A DNA stretch of 61,274 nt from Candidatus Omnitrophota bacterium. Lineage in GTDB: Bacteria > Omnitrophota > Gorgyraeia > Gygaellales > Profunditerraquicolaceae. This document shows positions 27,580 through 33,909 of the stretch, piece after piece; position 1 is the stretch's first letter; every line of letters begins with the position of its first letter. The stretch covers positions 1 through 61,274 of the forward strand of contig JBFMDA010000002.1 in assembly GCA_040754255.1 (NCBI GenBank), given 5' to 3'. The position numbers were made by a program, and so were the translations under genes. The notes beneath the pieces were generated by a model. The model did no database searches, was not told the DNA's origin, and saw nothing but the letters and a program-made list of their open reading frames with translations.

Positions 27580-29453
27580 CGTTTAACCGTAAAATAAACG
27601 TCGACCTTTTGCGAACGCCTTGCGTAATCTATAGCCGCAATCACCGGGAACACGTTTCTTCCTTTTAAAGCGCACAAACTGGCTATTTTTGAAAAAACTT
27701 TTTCTGACGCTTCGTCTTTTGAATTAAGTAACATTTTCCTGATTTCTGGCATAATGATTTTAGAATCCTTAATTTGCCTAATTTCATATATCTTATATAA
27801 CTTAATTGAGTGGACAAGGCCGTCCGGTTGGAATCTTCTAGTAATGTAATAAAATGCTTTTGATCTATCTCCATTGTTATCTAAAATTGATTTCAAAATT
27901 TTGGAATTTGATTCCAGCCTATTATTTTTTAAAAGGGCTAAAAAGCCTACATCAGTCAACTTATCATACTTGCAATATATTTTTAAGTTACACTTTCCCC
28001 TTGGGATAAAATCTACGCAAATCGCGCCAATAACTTCGTGAGGATTAATTTGTAATTTTCGATAATCGATATCCAATAGCTCACAAATCCGTTGGAGAAT
28101 AATCCTGATTTCTGGCTGGGCAAAGTAATGGAACAATTCTTCAAAATAAACTTTTAGTCTTGGGCAACTTGTCCCGCTTAACCAATCTAAGCCAATGGTC
28201 GTTTGCTGCTTATTGCCAAACGGGACCATTATACGTAAAAGCTCATTCAATTGATTCATAGGGAAGGAATCGCCGAAAAGTTGGAAGATTCCCTTTAATT
28301 TGTGTGTGAACCTCTTTTTTTCTCCAAAATCATTATAACTAAATCTTAAACTTCTTGGATTATTATTGCTGGCCGAAATAGAAAAATCGAATTTTTGATT
28401 ATCTCCAAGCCATGTTTCGTCAAAACCTGAAAATAAAATATCTTTTATTTCACTAACCTTGCCATCCTGTATCTTCAGGCCATAGTGCGTAATGAGTAAA
28501 TTAGAAATATCCTCAAAAATAGAAACGGTAGAATCGCTGCCTGTGTTATGTATTGGAATTCTTTTTCTAACGGGCTTAAATTCTTCCCATCCGAATTTCT
28601 GCGGATACTCCCTCCAAGGGCCTTCACACACTGCGTAGTATCGGCACGAAGGACATTTTGTTGACTTACTTTTCCCCTCCTTTTTACGCACGATCCCAAA
28701 ATTTTCTATAACTCCGTTTACATCGAATATCTTTGTTTCGGGCAAAATCTTCTCAGCGATATAATCCTCAAAACCAGCCATAAAACAGTAAGGAATTGCC
28801 TCGGTCATCACTCTCTTCCCGGCGGATATGCCTTTTTCTAGGGCCAGCTTAACAAACGGCTCGACAAGCGTCATTCGGGGTACGATAGAATCAAAGTTAT
28901 CCTTTGCGCTTCCTAAAGGGTGAGGGAATGCGAATTGGAACTGGTCAACTCCGAGCCTAATCAATACGTCTGCTATCGAGGGCAAATACGGAAAATTAGA
29001 CTTGGTTATGACGGTATTGGTAATAACCGTCTGCCCTAGTTTTTTTAAGTTTGCTATCCCATCAACAGTTTGTGTAAAGCTGCCGGGAGAACTTGTGAGG
29101 TAATCATGCATTTGGGGGGTACTTCCGTGCAAGGCGGGAGAAAACTCATTCGCACCGCACTTAATCGCTTTTTTGCAAAAATCAAGATAAGAAAAAAAAC
29201 GACCATTAGACTGGACCTGGATAGTGTTGAAATTCAATGCTCTGGCAAAGGAAACTAATTGAAAGAAGTCCTTATGCAAGGTAGGCTCTCCACCGGTGAA
29301 GACTATATCGCAACAGCTCTGCCTAGCTTGCTCCATTTCTTTTCTTATAATACTGGCATCCCTGCTTCCATATGCATTGCGTTTTTCGCCCTGAACGCAA
29401 AATTTGCAGAAATTATTACAATTGAATCCGATCTTTATATCGGCTTTCATCAA
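27576..29453 (-). CDS. radical SAM (N-terminal ~300 aa) fused to an ABBA-prenyltransferase-like domain (C-terminal ~300 aa)
   Basis: IGFNCNNFCKFC, TGGEPTL, ALHGSTPQMHDYLTSSPGSF and CPSCRYYAVCEGP. Then KFDFSISAS, LRFSYNDFGEKKRF, PRLKVYFE, LKIYCKY and IKLYKIYE. Confidence 0.5.
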   Translation of the reverse strand: MMKADIKIGFNCNNFCKFCVQGEKRNAYGSRDASIIRKEMEQARQSCCDIVFTGGEPTLHKDFFQLVSFARALNFNTIQVQSNGRFFSYLDFCKKAIKCGANEFSPALHGSTPQMHDYLTSSPGSFTQTVDGIANLKKLGQTVITNTVITKSNFPYLPSIADVLIRLGVDQFQFAFPHPLGSAKDNFDSIVPRMTLVEPFVKLALEKGISAGKRVMTEAIPYCFMAGFEDYIAEKILPETKIFDVNGVIENFGIVRKKEGKSKSTKCPSCRYYAVCEGPWREYPQKFGWEEFKPVRKRIPIHNTGSDSTVSIFEDISNLLITHYGLKIQDGKVSEIKDILFSGFDETWLGDNQKFDFSISASNNNPRSLRFSYNDFGEKKRFTHKLKGIFQLFGDSFPMNQLNELLRIMVPFGNKQQTTIGLDWLSGTSCPRLKVYFEELFHYFAQPEIRIILQRICELLDIDYRKLQINPHEVIGAICVDFIPRGKCNLKIYCKYDKLTDVGFLALLKNNRLESNSKILKSILDNNGDRSKAFYYITRRFQPDGLVHSIKLYKIYEIRQIKDSKIIMPEIRKMLLNSKDEASEKVFSKIASLCALKGRNVFPVIAAIDYARRSQKVDVYFTVKR

Positions 29454-30379
29454 TTTAAAGTAGAAATAAATTCGGTAAGCTTATTATCGATAGTATGCGT
29501 GGATTTTAAAACTCTGAAAGGAGTGCATTTTTTAACAATGTTACCGAGGTCAGCGTTACGCATCATACGCTTTATGCTTTCAAAACTTCTAACCGAGTTC
29601 ACGTTTCCAAGCTTAAATTCTTTCGCATACTCAATAAAAGGCTTGGCAAGAAAAACATTGCTTGGAAAAATATCGCCGTTGCAATCAACAGTTACATTCT
29701 GATTAAAAAGAGGGACGCTTCCTAAGTTAAATTTATTTTTTACTTTAATATTGAAATCAGCCCCGAACTTGTTTATAAATATAGAAATCCGTTTCAAAGC
29801 TGACGCTATTTTTCTAATACTAACTTGATCCCAGTAAGCGAAATAGCTGGGAAGAAAATTAAAACTTCTAAATCCTAACCTCAAGAAATTAAAGAAGCGT
29901 TCCTCCAAGTTGCGAAGAGAATGTCGATCAATAAAAAAATTAAGGCTAAGATGCGAGAGGAGAAATAGCGAACTAAGACCGCCTCTGTTAGAAAACGTAT
30001 TAGAGTTGACGATTATTTCAAAATTACTGAGAGACCTGAAAAAATTTATTTTCTCTTCAGTTAACAATAAGCCATTCGTGGTGAGGTTAAGAAAAACGGG
30101 TCTTTTTTGCCTTGCCGCAACCTTCTTGGAATATACATATATTTTTTTTACCGTTTCAAATTCCAAGAGAGGCTCTCCCCCAAACAGCCTTATTAAAAAA
30201 CCACCGGGATCTAAGGCAGAATTAGAAAATAGGCTTAGGCTCTGTTTGGCGGTAGAAAATAACATCGAACATCTTTTTTTTAATAAAGGGCAATTACGGC
30301 ATGAAAGGTTACAGCGACGGGTGACAGTGAGCGTTAAGATATTATCTTCGGAGAATACATTACCGCAAGAAAGATACAT
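29450..30379 (-). CDS. HxsC-like radical SAM protein (AnSME-like core, no SPASM cysteines)
   Basis: VTRRCNLSCRNCP, FGGEPLL, TTNGLLLTEEKINFF. Starts 9 nt after the stop of the HxS-repeat peptide gene. Confidence 0.55.
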   Translation of the reverse strand: MYLSCGNVFSEDNILTLTVTRRCNLSCRNCPLLKKRCSMLFSTAKQSLSLFSNSALDPGGFLIRLFGGEPLLEFETVKKIYVYSKKVAARQKRPVFLNLTTNGLLLTEEKINFFRSLSNFEIIVNSNTFSNRGGLSSLFLLSHLSLNFFIDRHSLRNLEERFFNFLRLGFRSFNFLPSYFAYWDQVSIRKIASALKRISIFINKFGADFNIKVKNKFNLGSVPLFNQNVTVDCNGDIFPSNVFLAKPFIEYAKEFKLGNVNSVRSFESIKRMMRNADLGNIVKKCTPFRVLKSTHTIDNKLTEFISTLN

Positions 30380-30388
30380 ATAAAAGAA

Positions 30389-30559
30389 TCACCATTGCCC
30401 GTGGGAACCGTGGGAGCTATGAGAACCGTGAGAACTATGCCCGCCCCTGTTTCCTGAGCCAAAATCATTCGATATATAACTTCCGTGGGTGTCCCATTGG
30501 GCATATACATTTTCCATGGCTTGAATAATCAAAAAGATAGTCATTAAACTTATCCCCAT
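30389..30559 (-). CDS. hxsA: exported His-Xaa-Ser repeat peptide (HxsA-like), 56 aa; candidate maturation substrate
   Basis: The internal ATG at 30557-30559 of the 124-aa track ORF gives MGISLMTIFLIIQAMENVYAQWDTHGSYISNDFGSGNRGGHSSHGSHSSHGSHGQW. This has a signal-peptide-like N-terminus and tandem HSS-HGS-HSS-HGS-HGQ encoded at 30395-30439. The start codon is uncertain because there is no strong RBS. Confidence 0.6.
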   Translation of the reverse strand: MGISLMTIFLIIQAMENVYAQWDTHGSYISNDFGSGNRGGHSSHGSHSSHGSHGQW

Positions 30560-30623
30560 TTTTACCGCATTTTTTCTTGTAATCCTTGCTTCCTCGCTAG
30601 AAAGAAAAAACTTAAGGTCCTTC

Positions 30624-31187
30624 TTAATTTGCGGAAGTTTCTTCAAGGCTCGCCTCCTTTTTTTTCCAATAATTTTCAAATACTTGACCTGCCTCTTCTT
30701 GCGTGAAACCGTGCGTAGTTTGTTCCAAAAACTTGGCCTTCTCTCTTTCTTTGATTTGGGCATCTACGGCCTTACGATCCTCAACAAGCTTAGGCTCTGA
30801 GCCATCAGGGCACGTAAGGTAGGAATGCGAGAACATCTTCGAGTCGCATACAAAACGAAGATCAACTATTTTTCTTTCCCAACCGTTTTTATACTTAAAG
30901 TCCCTTTTCCCGCTGATAGGATCGCTGTAAATTACCACCTTCAGCCCTCTCATGTATGGAGGCGGATTCTGGATATTATTAATCAAATAGGGTTTCCCTC
31001 GTACCAGGCCTATTCTCCCTTCCTCAACTTTTTGCAACTCCCCCTTACATACAGGGCATACATCGCCTTCCTTCGGTGAAATGAAAACAACCTCATCATT
31101 TGGACAGCCTCTAATTTCAACGGCACACGCAACACTTGAATGTAAAAGGACAAATACAAAAATAGCTATAAAAGGAATCCTCTTCAT
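30624..31187 (-). CDS. exported protein with CPxC motif
   Basis: Signal peptide MKRIPFIAIFVFVLLHSSVACA|VE. ISPKEGDVCPVCKGELQKV resembles the short CPxCGMxL heavy-metal-binding domain (from memory). Charged C-terminus. Confidence 0.6.
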   Translation of the reverse strand: MKRIPFIAIFVFVLLHSSVACAVEIRGCPNDEVVFISPKEGDVCPVCKGELQKVEEGRIGLVRGKPYLINNIQNPPPYMRGLKVVIYSDPISGKRDFKYKNGWERKIVDLRFVCDSKMFSHSYLTCPDGSEPKLVEDRKAVDAQIKEREKAKFLEQTTHGFTQEEAGQVFENYWKKKEASLEETSAN

Positions 31188-31200
31188 CAGCCCCTCCGCT

Positions 31201-32622
31201 TCAAGAAATCCACTTAGAAAAGATTTTTTTATACTCCTCGTCGTTCAGCCTGTCAAACAGGTATCCCAAAATAAAACTATTCATCTTGCATAATCTGCTA
31301 TTGGGCAACTGACAGAATAAGTTTCCTGTCTCTGCATAATTGATAACAGGGCAAATGCCACAATACGGCTTATACGCGCAATAATCGCAATACACGCTTT
31401 CCTGGCAAGAAGCAAAACAACTTGCAGGGATATTTACTGAATTAATGATATCTTTAAAGCTGTCTGTGCGCACGTTGCCAATCAAAAACGTGTCCTCCTG
31501 AAGCATCCTGGCTTCATCACAAGTATACACTTTTCCATCGTAATTATAGACGATCTGGCCGATGCCTGCACCACAGGGAGAGCGCAGGTCTAAGTAGGAA
31601 GGGTCTCGTTTTAATAAAATTTTGACGAGGAATATTTTTGCCGTCCTTTCAGACATTGTTGTCTTACCCGCTATGTTAAGCTTAACTAAATAGTCGAGGG
31701 CTTTTTTGTAAAAGTTAGCAAACTCTTCTGAAGTGTAACCTATTCTTTTTCTGTTTGCTTTTGACATCCCCAGGTTACTTATGGGGCGGAGATGAATTTC
31801 TTGAAATCCCCACTTGCGATATTCCTCAATTATCTCCTTAGGGTATTTGAGAGAAAATTTAGACAAGGTCAATAAAGCGCTAAGCCGCCTTTTGTGATTA
31901 TCGAATTTTTTGACCATTTTTATCTTTTGGGTAGTCAAATCGTATGAACTCCTGCCGGAAAAAAATTTCCTATTCCTGTCGTGCAGCGCCCGCGGGCCAT
32001 CTAAAGAGGTGCAGATGCCGACATTTTGATCGATGAGGAATTTGAGCTTATCTTTTGACAGAAGGCTAAGATTAGATACAAGCGTGATATTTACTAATTT
32101 TTTAAATGTTTTATTCATTGCAATTGTTTTCCGGCAAATAAATTCTATAGTTTCCCAGTTTGCTAAGGGCTCTCCTCCCTGCAATTCAATAGTAATGGCT
32201 TTTGAAGGAGATTCGAATATTGCCTCTAATGTCTTTTCTGCAGTGGCCTTGTCCATATCGTAGCCTTTTGCAGAAAACCCCTTGGCTGAGGCCTGGCAAT
32301 ATATACAGGAATGATTGCATCTTAAAGTGACTACTATGATGTGTAATGTCGGACCGCGCCAGATGAAGGAATTCTTCTGTCGGTATTGTTCAATAAGCTC
32401 GAAATTTTTAAGACGGTTCCTTATAAAACCCTTTCCTATCAACTCCTGATACACGGGTTCGTTTTTTCTTATCTCATTGTTCACTAACTTATTGAAAACA
32501 CTTTTTTTTAAAAAAATGTGCTCTCCTGCTTCAGTAGTCAACAGCACGTTTCCATTACATTCCCGGAAACGGAAAAAAGCCAAATTCCCTATCTCATCAA
32601 TTTTCTTTAACGCAGAACGCAT
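31201..32622 (-). CDS. hxsB: HxsB-like radical SAM/SPASM peptide maturase
   Basis: 473 aa. N-terminal ~90-aa non-rSAM domain, VTLRCNHSCIYCQASA, LQGGEPL and a full SPASM block CDYCAYKPYCGICP. Confidence 0.6.
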   Translation of the reverse strand: MRSALKKIDEIGNLAFFRFRECNGNVLLTTEAGEHIFLKKSVFNKLVNNEIRKNEPVYQELIGKGFIRNRLKNFELIEQYRQKNSFIWRGPTLHIIVVTLRCNHSCIYCQASAKGFSAKGYDMDKATAEKTLEAIFESPSKAITIELQGGEPLANWETIEFICRKTIAMNKTFKKLVNITLVSNLSLLSKDKLKFLIDQNVGICTSLDGPRALHDRNRKFFSGRSSYDLTTQKIKMVKKFDNHKRRLSALLTLSKFSLKYPKEIIEEYRKWGFQEIHLRPISNLGMSKANRKRIGYTSEEFANFYKKALDYLVKLNIAGKTTMSERTAKIFLVKILLKRDPSYLDLRSPCGAGIGQIVYNYDGKVYTCDEARMLQEDTFLIGNVRTDSFKDIINSVNIPASCFASCQESVYCDYCAYKPYCGICPVINYAETGNLFCQLPNSRLCKMNSFILGYLFDRLNDEEYKKIFSKWIS

Positions 32623-32623
32623 A

Positions 32624-32833
32624 TCAGGGGGATTTTATTGAAGCTAACACATAATTACAGAATTCTTGCTTTATTACCTTATGATACCCATTATCATAAT
32701 CGTATACACCTACCCGAATATAACGGTTTTTTTGTTTTATCGTAAATTTAGCTATGCCCTGGAAGGCTTTTATAGCTTTTAGAATTGATGATTGGGGATA
32801 GAGGTTTTTATGGAAATCGATGAATAACATCAA
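32624..32833 (-). CDS. small HxsD-like protein (short paralog)
   Basis: 69 aa. YPQSSILKAIKAF...FCNYVLAS parallels YPLEAIYATCYVF...FLNELLNNTLR of the neighbouring 142-aa protein. Confidence 0.35.
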   Translation of the reverse strand: MMLFIDFHKNLYPQSSILKAIKAFQGIAKFTIKQKNRYIRVGVYDYDNGYHKVIKQEFCNYVLASIKSP

Positions 32834-33258
32834 CGGGACTTTTTGCGTTTGTATTTCTCTTCCCAGGGGATCGCAATGCCCTCGGGATCATTTTGCCAAG
32901 ACTGATTTGTTTTCTCTTCCGAAGCGACAACCCCGTCGATTTCTTTCTTGGGCTGCGAGAAAAATAAAGCCTCTTTGACTATCATTTCCCGGATACGCTG
33001 ATTTCTTTTGGATATTTTAAACCGCAAGGTATTATTTAACAGTTCATTCAGGAATTCGCCTTTTAACAGATTGTGATTCCGCCTGTTGGAAGCTTTAGGC
33101 GTAAAAACGATTTTTATCCGCTGCCTCACCTCGTCTAAAAAAAGGTAGTACCTATCCACAAAGACATAACAAGTAGCGTATATTGCCTCAAGGGGATAGA
33201 TTCTGGGGTTTATAAGGAATTCCTGTTCTTTTTTGGCGTATTTAGACATAACCCGCAC
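32830..33258 (-). CDS. HxsD-like protein
   Basis: 142 aa. IYPLEAIYATCYVFVDRYY...KGEFLNELLNNTLRFKI resembles the LLNDYxLRE signature I recall for the HxsD family. 4-nt overlap with the next gene. Confidence 0.4.
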   Translation of the reverse strand: MRVMSKYAKKEQEFLINPRIYPLEAIYATCYVFVDRYYLFLDEVRQRIKIVFTPKASNRRNHNLLKGEFLNELLNNTLRFKISKRNQRIREMIVKEALFFSQPKKEIDGVVASEEKTNQSWQNDPEGIAIPWEEKYKRKKSR

Positions 33259-33261
33259 AGA

Positions 33262-33858
33262 TCATGTATGTTGGACGCAAATCATGTAACCATTGGGAGG
33301 ACATCCATATTGCGTAAGCCATGAATTCCATCTATATAATGCAGGTGCTGTAAGCCTACCAGCACCAGCTCCACAATCTCCAGAACCGCAAGCCACAGCG
33401 AAATAATTAACAGGACAACGCGAATAAGTAGTTGAACCAGCATTAGTAGCGTATTCGTAACAAGCTGAGGCGTTTATGCCTCCGGTTACGGTTAAAGTAC
33501 CATTTATAATCACGTTAATATTGCCGCTGCCAGCGTTGTCTAGCCTAAGCGTATTATCGTTTATTAATATAATTCTTGCCCTGGGAGTACAACCACCGCC
33601 TCTGTCAAACTCTACCCATGGAGTAGCAGCAGCAAAACTTCCGCCTAGCGTTACGGAAGACCCATTCGAATTTACCAGCCCGCCGCATCCGGTAGTAGCA
33701 TTACCCCATTCTAATTCCCGATAGCTTCCGTAGGGAGAGGGATAGTATGTAACAACGGAAATCTTTTCTTCTGTCTGGGCATACAAAAAAGCAAAGCTTG
33801 CCAGAAGAAACACTAAAATCACTACCCCTATTGTAGTTGTTTCAGCCCCCTTTACCAT
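33262..33858 (-). CDS. exported Gly/Cys-rich protein, first gene of the island
   Basis: N-terminal hydrophobic segment ending FLYA|QTEE. 8 Cys. Repeat-like ILINDNTLRLDNAGSGNINVIINGTLTVTGGINA. GGAGG RBS 6 nt before the ATG. Confidence 0.6.
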   Translation of the reverse strand: MVKGAETTTIGVVILVFLLASFAFLYAQTEEKISVVTYYPSPYGSYRELEWGNATTGCGGLVNSNGSSVTLGGSFAAATPWVEFDRGGGCTPRARIILINDNTLRLDNAGSGNINVIINGTLTVTGGINASACYEYATNAGSTTYSRCPVNYFAVACGSGDCGAGAGRLTAPALYRWNSWLTQYGCPPNGYMICVQHT

Positions 33859-33880
33859 GCTTTGCCTCCGTCTTAATTAA

Positions 33881-33909
33881 AGTATAATTTAAAAAAAATG
33901 ACCCGTCAA
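33881..33909 (-). promoter_or_regulatory. sigma70-like promoter of the radical-SAM island
   Basis: The minus strand reads TTGACG, then 17 nt, then TATACT (plus-strand cgtcaa 33904-33909 and agtata 33881-33886). The -35 box overlaps the mtaB stop codon. Confidence 0.5.

Noticed and set aside
30389-30763. The full 124-aa track ORF, with an extremely basic N-terminus (PKSKKERRPSFWNKLRTVSRKKRQVKYLKIIGKKRRR...), as the real HxS-repeat gene
   Set aside because: Its first 140 nt overlap the natural-looking C-terminus of the 187-aa exported protein (30624-31187) in another frame. The K/R-rich stretch looks like an out-of-frame reading of that E/K-rich coding region. The internal Met gives a classical signal peptide. 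I annotate the 56-aa form but flag the start as uncertain.
33262-33858. The 198-aa protein as a class III (prepilin-type) signal-peptide substrate, with MVKG|AETTT cleaved by the island A24 protease
   Set aside because: There is no G|FTLIE-type motif and no Glu at +5. The hydrophobic segment ends in FLYA|QTEE, the same signal-peptidase-I-like site seen in the HxsA-like peptide and the AmmeMemoRadiSam fusion. Sec export is the simpler reading. The A24 link remains only a speculative alternative.
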